Source: a virus
Reading direction: 5' to 3' (one strand)
Virus genome (UHGV): UHGV-0015611
Length of the DNA stretch: 41,779 bases
The notes under the pieces were generated by a model. The model was given only the letters and a program-made list of their open reading frames with translations. It was not told the DNA's origin and searched no databases. Of this stretch, positions 27,167-36,605 are shown piece by piece (the first letter of the stretch is position 1; the number at the start of each line of letters is the position of its first letter). The position numbers and the translations under genes were made by a program.

Positions 27167-27955
27167 TTACTCTGATTTGCCCGCTTTGGACCGTTCCTCT
27201 TTGGTTAATGGGACCCTCCCAATACCTATGTTAAAGCAGGCTGACCTCATTACACATTTACTGGCCTTTTTACATTCACTATTAGAGCACTCTCTTTTAG
27301 GCATGATGTGCTCCTCCATAAAAGTTTCTTTAAACTCTTGAATGGTCTTTAATCTTTCAATGTAGGGGGCTGCTTTATCTGGATTGTATTTAACAGGGAT
27401 AACTTTAATTTCACTATCATTTTTATTGTCAACTAAAACAAACCCATTTTCATAAGGTTTTCCCGTGTAATGTGAGTAGGCCCATAAGTAAAAATTTACC
27501 TGTGCCTCCCCTTTGGGGTGACCTTTAGATTTAGTAAAAGTAAAAGAGTTCTGACTCTTAATGTCCATGATGTACTCTTTGCCTAAAATCTTAATAATGG
27601 CGTCTATTGTAAATGATAAGTCGTACTCAGGAATCCATAAAGTTCTTTCAATTGCTACATCAATGTGGGAGGCCCTAAACATAGAATACCATTTTTCATG
27701 CATGGCGTTACCTTGTTTAAATATTTTTAAAGATTTTATAGGGAGCTGATGGCCTTGGTCTTGCCTAAAGAATAGGGATAAAACCTGAGCCCTATAACAA
27801 AATTCTCCTTCTGGGGCTATAACAGCAGAAGCATGAAGGCCGTAACGGTCTTTGTCGTTACGGTCCTCCAAGAATAATTTCTCCAGCCTATTTTTGATAA
27901 GTACTGCCTCCATGTTCCCTTTATTGTATTCGCTTAAATCTTTAGTAATACTCAT
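27167..27955 (-). CDS. PD-(D/E)XK family nuclease with a C-terminal 4-Cys cluster (Cas4/RecB-like exonuclease)
   Basis: It has a MDIKSQ D/E-x-K segment. The Cys cluster is CSNSECKKASKCVMRSAC. It sits next to the RecA-like and resolvase genes. Confidence 0.45.
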   Translation of the reverse strand: MSITKDLSEYNKGNMEAVLIKNRLEKLFLEDRNDKDRYGLHASAVIAPEGEFCYRAQVLSLFFRQDQGHQLPIKSLKIFKQGNAMHEKWYSMFRASHIDVAIERTLWIPEYDLSFTIDAIIKILGKEYIMDIKSQNSFTFTKSKGHPKGEAQVNFYLWAYSHYTGKPYENGFVLVDNKNDSEIKVIPVKYNPDKAAPYIERLKTIQEFKETFMEEHIMPKRECSNSECKKASKCVMRSACFNIGIGRVPLTKEERSKAGKSE

Positions 27956-27956
27956 A

Positions 27957-28223
27957 TTATTCGATCACTCCTTTTCTAATTAAATCCATGTAGCACCATT
28001 TATTGATTTTTTCATCTGAAAATTCTGTCATAATCATGAGTTGTGTATCTATTTGGTGTTTGTAAATTCTGATTGCTTCTCTTTGCTTTTTAATGTTTTC
28101 TCCAAAATAGTCACATCCAGCTTCGAGGTCAGATATCATGTTTTTAATCATAGTATTCAATAAAGCTTTTTTATCATCTAACCAAATCTTGAAATAATCT
28201 GTGTTCTTGTCGTATCTTTTCAT
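27957..28223 (-). CDS. Hypothetical protein (88 aa)
   Basis: ORF coupled to the nuclease gene. Confidence 0.3.
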   Translation of the reverse strand: MKRYDKNTDYFKIWLDDKKALLNTMIKNMISDLEAGCDYFGENIKKQREAIRIYKHQIDTQLMIMTEFSDEKINKWCYMDLIRKGVIE

Positions 28224-28259
28224 TTCCTATTCTCCTTTGTTTTTGTAAATTACATTTTT

Positions 28260-28288
28260 ACTATAACAGGGAAAAAGCCGTTTGTAAA
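28260..28288 (-). promoter_or_regulatory. Sigma-A-type promoter (-10 TATAGT)
   Basis: -10 at 28260-28265, 17-bp spacer, -35 TTTACA at 28283-28288. Confidence 0.45.
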
Positions 28289-28316
28289 CAGCTTTTCTTA
28301 AAGTTTTTTAAGTTTT

Positions 28317-29204
28317 TTAACTACGATACATTTCTTTATGGGTTTTCATAAGTTCATTTCTTATAGGTTTGATATTATCAAAGGAGCAAAACCCCTTATC
28401 AAAAAAGAATGGTAGCTCAGCTTCACCATAAGGATTTCCAACTTTTGACTTTTGAATTTTAGCTTTCATTATAAGCCCAACTTTTTCTTTTTCAGAGCTT
28501 ACTGCAGGATTGTAGTTAGGGATTTCTATCCAAGCCCTCCTTGCTACTTTTATTCTTAAACTTGTGTAGAACTTAATAGCATTTCCTCCTGGAGTGTCTT
28601 CCTTTTCCCCAAATAACATAGCATCCATCTTGGCTCTTACTTGATTTATAAGAATAACAGTTGTGCCTGATTGCTCACATACATGAACTATACTAGGGAG
28701 CATTTTAGAGAATAGTCTTGCTGTGCCTCCTATTCTTAGCTCATTTTCTGCGTCCTTCTCTATTTTCTCCAAGTCAGCCTTAGGCTGGCAAGCAGGAACT
28801 GAGTCTAAACAAATAATGGGAATCCCTGCTTTTGCAAACTTTAAAATGTCATTTAAGGCCTCTTCGCCATACTGGGCCCTGTGCACTATCATTTGGCCTG
28901 GTTTAACCCCAATAGCAATAGCTCTATCCTCATCATAGGTTCCCTCTATTGGTATGTAAAGTCCTAGTTTATGTAAACTCATCAACCAATAGGCTAAAGA
29001 AGTTTTTCCTGAGCTAGCAGGCCCAAAAATCTCAATAACTCTGCCCTTAGGCATACCCCCGCCTATAATAGAGTCTAAGCTTTCTATTCCTGTGCTCCAT
29101 CTTGGAATTTGCAGGTTAGAGGTTTTGCCAATTGTAAATATTGCCCCTTTACCAGCTTTCTTTTCAATCTCCTTACAAAGACTTTGAATTTGAATTAAAT
29201 CCAT
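28317..29204 (-). CDS. RecA-family recombinase (UvsX/Sak4/RadA-like)
   Basis: Walker A motif GPASSGKTSLA. A RecA-type signature is also present (TPGGNAIKFYTSLRIKVAR). Confidence 0.65.
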   Translation of the reverse strand: MDLIQIQSLCKEIEKKAGKGAIFTIGKTSNLQIPRWSTGIESLDSIIGGGMPKGRVIEIFGPASSGKTSLAYWLMSLHKLGLYIPIEGTYDEDRAIAIGVKPGQMIVHRAQYGEEALNDILKFAKAGIPIICLDSVPACQPKADLEKIEKDAENELRIGGTARLFSKMLPSIVHVCEQSGTTVILINQVRAKMDAMLFGEKEDTPGGNAIKFYTSLRIKVARRAWIEIPNYNPAVSSEKEKVGLIMKAKIQKSKVGNPYGEAELPFFFDKGFCSFDNIKPIRNELMKTHKEMYRS

Positions 29205-29239
29205 TTTTACCCTCCTTAATGATTTATATTAACCTTTAT

Positions 29240-29278
29240 GAAAACTTTTACCATACGGCCTATTAGAGGCCTTATAGG
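29240..29278. repeat. Single copy of the dispersed element (GAAAACTTTTACCATACGGCCTATTAGAGGCCTTATAGG), lying between the DnaE-like and RecA-like genes
   Basis: It contains the 5-bp hairpin GGCCT-attag-AGGCC. Confidence 0.5.
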
Positions 29279-31998
29279 CGATGATAGGTTTTACTTAACA
29301 TGGCTATATTAAAGGATTCTACTCGCCTTATAAATTCTTTTTTGTTCCATTCCAAAGCCCCTGCCTCCTTAAGTAAGTTAAAGGTTCTATTGTTAAGCAC
29401 CCTGCCAGGAAGCCTTTCTTCAATGTCTGCTGTGTTTAGGTATGGGCCATTCTTTTTCTTTTCTTCTTCTATAGCATAAGCTACTTTTTCTCCTATGCCC
29501 TTAATAGAGGTTAAACCTCTTTGAATACAAATTTCACCATCAATTTCTTTTAAAGAGTATTGAGCTGAGCCATTTACATGGGCTAAAAAGATGATGTTGC
29601 CTGAAGCTACTGCCTCCCTTTCTAGCTGGAATATGTTACTTTCAATAGGACAATAACGAAGTTTACTCCACCAAAATTGGCTAGGATAGTAAAGTTTATA
29701 AAACATCTCCTCAACAGATATTAAAGAGTAACCTAAAGCATGCCCTTTATTAAATGAGTAAACTAGCATAGAGTTAAAAACCTCTTTAGCCTGGGACTTA
29801 GTTAAACCGTTTTTTGTAGCTCCTTCAACAAACTTATTGGAAAGCTCTTGTTTATCCTTCTCAAATTGGATTTTAGCGTCTTCACTTTGGGATTGGCCTC
29901 CAATCATTTTCATTACCTTGTCAGCGTCCCCCCAAGTCATATTACCAATTTCAACACATACCTTTTGAATTTGCTCTTGGTACACTACTGTTCCATATGT
30001 GTCTTTAGTGAAGTTATAATATAGGGATTTCTTAGCTTCTTTTGGGTGCTCCTTATTATAAGCATATAAAGCAGGAACCCCTGTTGATAAAGGGCCAGGT
30101 CTGTTAAGGGCATTAGCAGCTACTATGTCCTCAAAACAACTACAATTAATTTCCTTTAGAAGCTTTTGAACTGCTGGTTTGTCAAACTGAAATACTCCAG
30201 TAGTTTCTTGATTTCCAAAAGCTTTCATAATCTTTTTATCATTTGTAGCTTTTTCATAATTAACTGTTACTCCTGTTGTTTTTCTTAAGGCCCCAAGCTC
30301 CTCCATTGTCATTAACCCTAAAATATCAAACTTAATAACATTGATGTTTTCCAAATCATTGAGGTCATAATTGGTGTAAAGTTGGCCTGACTTACTATCA
30401 ACTCTAAGTGAAGTGTAATCTAAAATGTTTCCCCCAGTAATAGCTACTCCAGCAGCATGAGTTCCAATGAACCGCATCTTCTTATAAAGCTTAGTGAAGT
30501 GTGTGCATATATTATCATATAAAGCGTTGTACTTTTTAGTTAACTGGCTGCTTAGGAAAGTTTCAGTTAACAAGTTACCTTCTTCATCTAAATACTTGTT
30601 AATGTGCTCCTTTATTTTAGCAATAACTTCTTTATGTTCTAAGGCGTCCTCATCATCCTTTTTAGTTCCTAGCCCACAAACTTTAGCTAAGTCGTTAACC
30701 AAGTTATCAACCTTGTACAAACCATAGGAAGCTATTCTTGCTGTGTGCCCTTTATGCCTATTTATGATATAGTCAATGACCTCCCCACGACGGGACTTCT
30801 CAAAATCTAAATCTATGTCAGGCATTTTCTTTTTGTCTAACCTTAAAAACCTCCTAAAGTCTAAGCCATAATATAAGCTGTCAACTTCAGTTATGCCTAA
30901 GGCATAGGCTACTTCGCAATTGCAACAAGAGCCTCTTCCTGGCCCTACTGCTATGCCATGGGATTTAGCCCAATTAACATAATCATAAACCATGAGAAAG
31001 TAATCGTCAAATCCTAAAGACTCTATGACATGAAGCTCCTCTTTAACCCTGGCTTTATACTCAGGAGTCCATTTGCCCTTAGCTTTAAGTCCTCTAACGA
31101 CAAGCTCCCTAACTGTTACTCCTAACTGCTCTTGCATATTAGGGAGGGTTTGCTCTAGGTCTTTAAAAATATCTTCCTCTATTTTATTAAACAGCTCCTT
31201 GTGATTGCTCATATAAGAAATGCCAAGCTCCTTATCCTTATGCATTAAAATAAAGCGTTTAAGCATTTCTTTAGGGGTTGGCATGTAACGCTCTTTATAG
31301 GTTGATGTTATATGCTCTAAGTCATGTCCTGCCATTTGGTGCATTTTAAGGTATGTGTCAAAGTCTAGCTTATTTCCAAAGTGGGAGTCTGATGTAAGTA
31401 ATACTTTTACCTTGTGCTCCCTAGCTAACCCCATTAATTTGTCATTAACAGATTCTTGTAAACCTTCTTCAGATATGCTATAAGGTTGAACCTCTATGTA
31501 AAAGTCATCGCCATAAATGCTCTTAAGCTTTCTAATAAAGCCATTAGCAGCTTCTAATTTCCCTTCCTTTATAGCTTGGGATAAATAACCAGCAATACAA
31601 GCTGTTGTACATATAACCCCTTCACTATACTTTTCTAATAAATCCAAAGTCCAAATTGGATTATAATACTTTTGTTTTTCCCCTTCATACTGGAGGGTGT
31701 TTATGTTAGAGTAACCCTTAGCATTTTTAGCAAATAAGCATAAGTGATAACCTCTATGTTTTTCCTTATATTTTGGGAGCATGTAGCCTTCTACTCCTAA
31801 AACAGGTTTAATTCCTACTGACTTACAAGCCATATAGTGTTGAACTAAACCATTAGTGTTGCCATGATTGCTAATGCCTAAAGCAGGATAGCCATACTCC
31901 TTAGCTAACTTGGCTAACTCCAAGGCTTTGCCAAAGCCATCAAAGCTACTATACTCATCATGCCTATGAAGATCAAACCAATAATTTAATTTGCTCAT
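29272..31998 (-). CDS. DNA polymerase III alpha-like replicative polymerase (DnaE/PolC family, with an N-terminal PHP domain)
   Basis: The PHP motif is HLHRHDEYSSFDGFG. The 908-aa protein follows the DnaE architecture. No proofreading-exonuclease domain is evident. Confidence 0.65.
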   Translation of the reverse strand: MSKLNYWFDLHRHDEYSSFDGFGKALELAKLAKEYGYPALGISNHGNTNGLVQHYMACKSVGIKPVLGVEGYMLPKYKEKHRGYHLCLFAKNAKGYSNINTLQYEGEKQKYYNPIWTLDLLEKYSEGVICTTACIAGYLSQAIKEGKLEAANGFIRKLKSIYGDDFYIEVQPYSISEEGLQESVNDKLMGLAREHKVKVLLTSDSHFGNKLDFDTYLKMHQMAGHDLEHITSTYKERYMPTPKEMLKRFILMHKDKELGISYMSNHKELFNKIEEDIFKDLEQTLPNMQEQLGVTVRELVVRGLKAKGKWTPEYKARVKEELHVIESLGFDDYFLMVYDYVNWAKSHGIAVGPGRGSCCNCEVAYALGITEVDSLYYGLDFRRFLRLDKKKMPDIDLDFEKSRRGEVIDYIINRHKGHTARIASYGLYKVDNLVNDLAKVCGLGTKKDDEDALEHKEVIAKIKEHINKYLDEEGNLLTETFLSSQLTKKYNALYDNICTHFTKLYKKMRFIGTHAAGVAITGGNILDYTSLRVDSKSGQLYTNYDLNDLENINVIKFDILGLMTMEELGALRKTTGVTVNYEKATNDKKIMKAFGNQETTGVFQFDKPAVQKLLKEINCSCFEDIVAANALNRPGPLSTGVPALYAYNKEHPKEAKKSLYYNFTKDTYGTVVYQEQIQKVCVEIGNMTWGDADKVMKMIGGQSQSEDAKIQFEKDKQELSNKFVEGATKNGLTKSQAKEVFNSMLVYSFNKGHALGYSLISVEEMFYKLYYPSQFWWSKLRYCPIESNIFQLEREAVASGNIIFLAHVNGSAQYSLKEIDGEICIQRGLTSIKGIGEKVAYAIEEEKKKNGPYLNTADIEERLPGRVLNNRTFNLLKEAGALEWNKKEFIRRVESFNIAMLSKTYHRL

Positions 31999-32071
31999 AT
32001 TTACCTCTTGCAGAAATTTTAAAATTAGGCTCCTTTAATATTAAGGTAATATAAAAACTTAACCGGCCTAT

Positions 32072-32110
32072 AAACTTTTCTTATACGGCCATTTAGGAGC
32101 CTTATACGAC
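32072..32110. repeat. Single copy of the dispersed element, lying between the ThyA-like and DnaE-like genes
   Basis: AAACTTTTCTTATACGGCCATTTAGGAGCCTTATACGACC. Confidence 0.45.
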
Positions 32111-32113
32111 CTA

Positions 32114-32809
32114 TTAAAATACTCCCTGTATATCCTTATTATAAACATGAAGGCTAAAGATAGTATGGGTAAATGTGCCCACTGGGTACTTAGAGTAATA
32201 GGCGACATATTCCAAAAGCTTAATGGCCAAATAAACATCATTTACAAAGTGAGTAGCAAAGTCAGATGAGCGCATTACATAATGCATATTTAACTTACCA
32301 TCCCTAACCTGAAAGTTATAACCAAGTGAGCAAGGGACCCGAGAAATCCCTCCTATATTGTCCATGTCCTTAGTAACATCCCAGATACTCAACCAAAGCT
32401 GGCGTGAGTTAGGGTCATTCTCAATTGCTTTAATGATTTTCCAAACCTGATTATTACCCATTAACCTTTCATTATAAGTATAGGAGAATTTACCATCATG
32501 AAGGAACTCATCCCAGACCTCTTCCCTTGCTTTGTAGGCCTGGCCTGGGTTAACTGTGCCTGAAAGGTCAATTCTTTCAATGAACTCTTCATCAGCCCAA
32601 GGGAGGGTTACATTAAGCTGGTTAGCAATTTCTTTTGAGCTTGGACTAATTAACATGTAAGAGTAGTTCTGAAGCTCCTTAGTTTCATAATCAGGGTTTC
32701 CTTCAATTACTTTGTCTTGCATTGTTTTAGGTTTAATTAAGATTCCCATTTCAGCAAGGTCCCTTTTAATTTCCCCGTACATCTCTTTAGGGTTTAAATA
32801 GTATCTCAT
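32114..32809 (-). CDS. Divergent thymidylate-synthase-family enzyme (ThyA-like), a candidate dUMP hydroxymethylase or methylase
   Basis: Its C-terminal half aligns with ThyA. NDPNSRQLWLSIWD matches NDPDSRRIIVSAWN. VPCSLGYNFQV matches APCHAFFQFYV, with the catalytic Cys kept. DGKLNMHYVMRSSD matches DGKLSCQLYQRSCD, and the FVN Asn is kept. It is only 231 aa and the N-terminal TS motifs are missing. Confidence 0.55.
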   Translation of the reverse strand: MRYYLNPKEMYGEIKRDLAEMGILIKPKTMQDKVIEGNPDYETKELQNYSYMLISPSSKEIANQLNVTLPWADEEFIERIDLSGTVNPGQAYKAREEVWDEFLHDGKFSYTYNERLMGNNQVWKIIKAIENDPNSRQLWLSIWDVTKDMDNIGGISRVPCSLGYNFQVRDGKLNMHYVMRSSDFATHFVNDVYLAIKLLEYVAYYSKYPVGTFTHTIFSLHVYNKDIQGVF

Positions 32810-32840
32810 TTCGCTTCCTCCTTAAAAATATTATATAAGC

Positions 32841-32869
32841 ATTATACCACAATTTACTTAACCTGTAAA
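32841..32869 (-). promoter_or_regulatory. Sigma-A-type promoter that drives the ThyA-like/DnaE/RecA operon
   Basis: -10 TGgTATAAT at 32841-32846, 17-bp spacer, -35 TTTACA at 32864-32869. Confidence 0.6.
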
Positions 32870-33606
32870 TAGTCATCTATAGTTTTATTTGAGAGTACTA
32901 AAGGGTGTAACATAACAGCTCCGTTATAAACAGCTTTCATCCGGGAAACAGATTTATATGAAGGGTTCTTAAGGCCTTCTAATACCTCTTCTTTGAACTT
33001 AATAGCATAATCATGCACTCTATTGCCTTTGGTTAATTGGTACCATGAAAAGCAAAAGATACTTCTAAATGTTGCTGAAGCCCTAACATTTATATATGAA
33101 GAGGGTAAAACAAAAGTTATCGTTTTTATTTCTGGGGTAAACTCTTTAAACCACATAGACAACAAGGCCAAATCTGCAGCAAACCTACGATTGATTTCTG
33201 TTGCTCTGTAATACACAAATGCTTTAGTCCAAGCCTTTTTATTAGCCCTTGTTAAAACTATGGAAAGTAAACAACTTCCATTAAGCCCCGATGTTCCTTT
33301 CTTAGGCTTATTAGGGTTAAAGTTGAAAGTTATTGCAGTTCCCGTAGTGTTTTTAAGTTTATCAGAAAAACCCTTGTACTCATCTTTTAAAACATAAGTA
33401 TTGATTAGCATAGTCATTTTAGCAGGGGTGTAACCTAGCTTACTTAAATCAAAATTAAATGAGCTGTTTCTTGTAGTAACAATTAAGGGGCAAAGTGTTG
33501 GTCTTTGCCCCGTTAAACCTATTGAGTATTTATTTACATTTAAGAAAAGCTCTTTATTTAACTCTATGAACATACTTGTAAAATCTTCATACTCAAAACT
33601 GAACAT
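32854..33606 (-). CDS. Hypothetical protein (250 aa) embedded in the nucleotide-metabolism module
   Basis: No recognisable motif. It lies between the ThyA-like and MazG-like genes. Confidence 0.35.
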   Translation of the reverse strand: MFSFEYEDFTSMFIELNKELFLNVNKYSIGLTGQRPTLCPLIVTTRNSSFNFDLSKLGYTPAKMTMLINTYVLKDEYKGFSDKLKNTTGTAITFNFNPNKPKKGTSGLNGSCLLSIVLTRANKKAWTKAFVYYRATEINRRFAADLALLSMWFKEFTPEIKTITFVLPSSYINVRASATFRSIFCFSWYQLTKGNRVHDYAIKFKEEVLEGLKNPSYKSVSRMKAVYNGAVMLHPLVLSNKTIDDYLQVK

Positions 33607-34251
33607 TTAATAATTACTCCTTTGTCTAAACTTGTTAACTTGTGACTTTTTTAAATAAGTGTCTACTACTTCATTGCAGTCATCAAATGCGTAAAACAAA
33701 ATGCAAAAATAAGCTTTCCAGGTTTCTAACAGTCTTTCATAAAATACCTCTTTATCAGTAAGCATTTGGGATTGTTTCCAAGGCTTGTTTTTAAGGGAAT
33801 TACAAGTCATTCCTAATTTTTGAATAAACCGGGAAACAAAAGTCTCCAAGTTGTATCTGTATTTAAGTTTGGGGATGTTAAACAAAAATTCTAAAGCATT
33901 AGGGCTTGGCAAATACTTTGCAATAACTGTAGGGGTAAATCCAGCTAGAATGCTAAACTCTGTTAGAAAATGCAGGCCATCCACAAGTTCCTCTTTGAAG
34001 TGCTCTCTATCTTTATCTACATAAAGGGAGTCTAATGCCTCCCCCAATTCTTCAGTAATTCTCCAAGCAAAATCCTTGAGTCTTGCCTGACCTTTTTTAT
34101 CATCTAAGTTGACTGGGCAATCTGGGGTTTGAAGTAAACCTGATTTAGCCTCAATATTATGGTAGTTATCCATAAGCTCCTTCTGTCTATCGAATATAGC
34201 CTGTAAAGGGTCTTTGGTGACCTCTTCACTAATTGCGTCTTTAATGTTCAT
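33607..34251 (-). CDS. All-alpha NTP pyrophosphohydrolase (MazG/dimeric dUTPase/dCTPase family)
   Basis: The acidic EExxE/ExxD motifs RITEELGEALDSL and EELVDGLHFLTEF are typical of MazG-like dNTPases. Confidence 0.5.
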   Translation of the reverse strand: MNIKDAISEEVTKDPLQAIFDRQKELMDNYHNIEAKSGLLQTPDCPVNLDDKKGQARLKDFAWRITEELGEALDSLYVDKDREHFKEELVDGLHFLTEFSILAGFTPTVIAKYLPSPNALEFLFNIPKLKYRYNLETFVSRFIQKLGMTCNSLKNKPWKQSQMLTDKEVFYERLLETWKAYFCILFYAFDDCNEVVDTYLKKSQVNKFRQRSNY

Positions 34252-34796
34252 TGATGTCCCTCCTTAAATAAGTAATTTACTTGGTCTAAAATTATATTAG
34301 CAAGGTCTTCCCAATTATCTTCCATAAAATTGTAATTAAAAACTCTGGAGGTGATTTTATGAATGTAAGGAAAAGCTTTATAACCTTCGATGAGTTGTTT
34401 AGCATTTTCCTTTATGCCTTTCATTTGCTCCCTTTCGCCCCATTCTAAGATTTTATCCTCCCCAGGGTTACAATGAATAAAGAATGTAATTTGATTAAGC
34501 ATGTTACTAACATATGTTGCATGCGATGAGAAGTTGTTACGGTTTCTTAAAATGTTACCACAAACTTCTTCTTCAATAATAGGAAATCTATCGAATATCT
34601 GAATGTCGTTGTCAGTAAATTTAACATCTGTAATATGTTTATCCATAAACCTTACTTGCTCCGAAAGTGAAGCAGGCCCCAAACTTTTAATTGGTGTTGC
34701 TGGCTGGCCATTTTCCCAGAGATACTGAACCAAGTTGTTTGTTAGTGTAGTCTTACCTGAGTTGTCGCATCCGTAAACTACTATGTTAATCTTCAT
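34248..34796 (-). CDS. P-loop deoxynucleotide monophosphate kinase (dNMP/thymidylate-kinase-like)
   Basis: Walker A motif VVYGCDNSGKTTL. It also has FDRF, a DRY-like motif. 182 aa. Confidence 0.5.
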   Translation of the reverse strand: MKINIVVYGCDNSGKTTLTNNLVQYLWENGQPATPIKSLGPASLSEQVRFMDKHITDVKFTDNDIQIFDRFPIIEEEVCGNILRNRNNFSSHATYVSNMLNQITFFIHCNPGEDKILEWGEREQMKGIKENAKQLIEGYKAFPYIHKITSRVFNYNFMEDNWEDLANIILDQVNYLFKEGHQ

Positions 34797-35583
34797 CCTC
34801 TTCTGTCTCCTTTTCCGTCTTTAGTTCATCGTAAGCTTCCTGAAGGTCTTCTTCCTCATAATTATCAAAAAGCTCATCTATCAAATCTTCAACCTCATCA
34901 AATGCCTTAAGCTCCTTCTTGGTCATTCCAAAATCTAAGGCAATATTTTTGACCTCATCATAATCAAGTTCATCGAGGAAATGCTCCTTGAGAGTTTTCT
35001 TAGCCTTTTTAATTTTCTTTGACTTTTTAGGATTTTCCTCCTCTACTTCATCATCCTCTTTGTCTGCTTCCTGGTCAGATGTATAAGCCTTTGTAAGTAT
35101 ATCAAGCATTTCAGCTCTACTAAATGGCTTTACTTTAATTCTGAACTTTTCCTTTTCCAAAGGGAGAACTGTAAACGAAGAAGATTGGCCTGCTCCAACC
35201 TTTTTAATCTTATAGTCCCGGTCCATTATAGTGCCAAACTCATCATACATACTAATAAGAGCTGGAGCTGCTGACTGGGAGGTGACCCTGCTTTTAAAAA
35301 TTCTTACTTCGTTAGAATCATAATCCCAAACTGACCAACAATATTCAGACTTTAAATTAACCCCCTGTTGACAAAGTGGGCAATCTTCATGGTCCTCTGG
35401 GTCTTTGCAGAGTTCATAAATCTTGTTGTTGAAATCTGAATGAAAAACAAATTCTTCGCCTGTATCAAGCTCTTGTAGAAAACGAATTCTTTTAACTGTG
35501 TCTGCCTTAAAGTACATTACCTTGCTTCTTGACCCGCCTGACTGAGCTATCTTCTGTTTCATTAACTGTACTAAATTTGCCAT
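34786..35583 (-). CDS. Single-stranded DNA-binding protein, T4 gp32-like
   Basis: It has an H/C zinc cluster (CKDPEDHEDCPLCQQ). Its C-terminal tail is strongly acidic (EEEDLQEAYDELKTEKETEEDED). Confidence 0.45.
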   Translation of the reverse strand: MANLVQLMKQKIAQSGGSRSKVMYFKADTVKRIRFLQELDTGEEFVFHSDFNNKIYELCKDPEDHEDCPLCQQGVNLKSEYCWSVWDYDSNEVRIFKSRVTSQSAAPALISMYDEFGTIMDRDYKIKKVGAGQSSSFTVLPLEKEKFRIKVKPFSRAEMLDILTKAYTSDQEADKEDDEVEEENPKKSKKIKKAKKTLKEHFLDELDYDEVKNIALDFGMTKKELKAFDEVEDLIDELFDNYEEEDLQEAYDELKTEKETEEDED

Positions 35584-35618
35584 CTTCTAAATCCTCCTTA
35601 ATTTTATTTGGCATTTTA

Positions 35619-35647
35619 AGTATATCACTTTTGTTTTGACTTGTAAA
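35619..35647 (-). promoter_or_regulatory. Sigma-A-type promoter that overlaps the 3' end of the primase gene (-10 TGaTATACT)
   Basis: -10 at 35619-35624, 17-bp spacer, -35 TTTACA at 35642-35647. Confidence 0.5.
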
Positions 35648-36605
35648 TGAGTTTTTCAAATTGTCCTTTAATTTCTTTTAACTCTTGTGTGTTTTTGTTT
35701 ATGTCCCCAAAATCTTTTACTTCCTTAGGATACTTTAACCTGTAAACTTTTATATCTTCTGTTTTACATATTTGTTTTAAGTATGTGTATCCCTTGTTTC
35801 CTGCCTCATCATTATCTAAGGCGCATATTATAGTTGTTATGTGTTTACGTTTTATTTTGTTTAGTTGCTTTTTAGAGATTTTCCAGCCTAGTAAAGCTGC
35901 TACGTTTTTAAAACCTAATTGCAAAGCTTTTAAACAGTCTAGGTAACCTTCTACTAAAATAATTGGTTCCTCTTTGTTATATTTGCCTGGTAGAGTTAAC
36001 TGCCTTCTAAAACCTGTGTTATATAAGTACTTTCTTTTACTTTCTATTTCTGGATTAAATGTTCTTAAAACGTATCCCCTAAACACCTCATTTTCAACTA
36101 AAGGAAATATTATAGGATAGTTTGGGTTTAAAGAAGGTTTGGATCCAATGTCAGTAAGTAGTTTGTTAGAAAACCCCCTAGACTTCATGTACTGCCTACA
36201 TAATAAAGTTTCTTCGTGTATAGCTTGATTTTCCCTTGGCTTATACCAATTAGGGTCAGGTAAGCTTTCATAATATGCTCTTGCTTGAGTTACTGCTTGT
36301 TTTTGTGAAAGCCTTTTAGTTGTTATTACTTGAGCGTCTAAGGCTTTAAATGGGGTTTTAAGGCCCCTTTGGGTGATTTCTTGTAATTTAATGTTAGCTT
36401 GTAGTTTATTAAGGCCTGGCTCAAAATATGTAATTAACTCTAAAGGCCCTCCATGGGCTTCGCACCCATAACAATGAAAGTAGCCCTTAACAACATTGAT
36501 TTGTAAACTTGGGTTTTTGTCCTTGTGAAATGGGCAAATAACTTTATATACTGGAGAGTCTAAGAATAAACCATAATGCTCCAGGACTTTAACAAACTCA
36601 TTCAT
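35625..36605 (-). CDS. DNA primase (DnaG-like, with a CHC2 zinc finger and a Toprim domain)
   Basis: Zinc finger CPFHKDKNPSLQIN...FHCYGCEAHG. Toprim segments EGYLDCLKA and ALDNDEAG. Confidence 0.65.
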   Translation of the reverse strand: MNEFVKVLEHYGLFLDSPVYKVICPFHKDKNPSLQINVVKGYFHCYGCEAHGGPLELITYFEPGLNKLQANIKLQEITQRGLKTPFKALDAQVITTKRLSQKQAVTQARAYYESLPDPNWYKPRENQAIHEETLLCRQYMKSRGFSNKLLTDIGSKPSLNPNYPIIFPLVENEVFRGYVLRTFNPEIESKRKYLYNTGFRRQLTLPGKYNKEEPIILVEGYLDCLKALQLGFKNVAALLGWKISKKQLNKIKRKHITTIICALDNDEAGNKGYTYLKQICKTEDIKVYRLKYPKEVKDFGDINKNTQELKEIKGQFEKLIYKSKQK

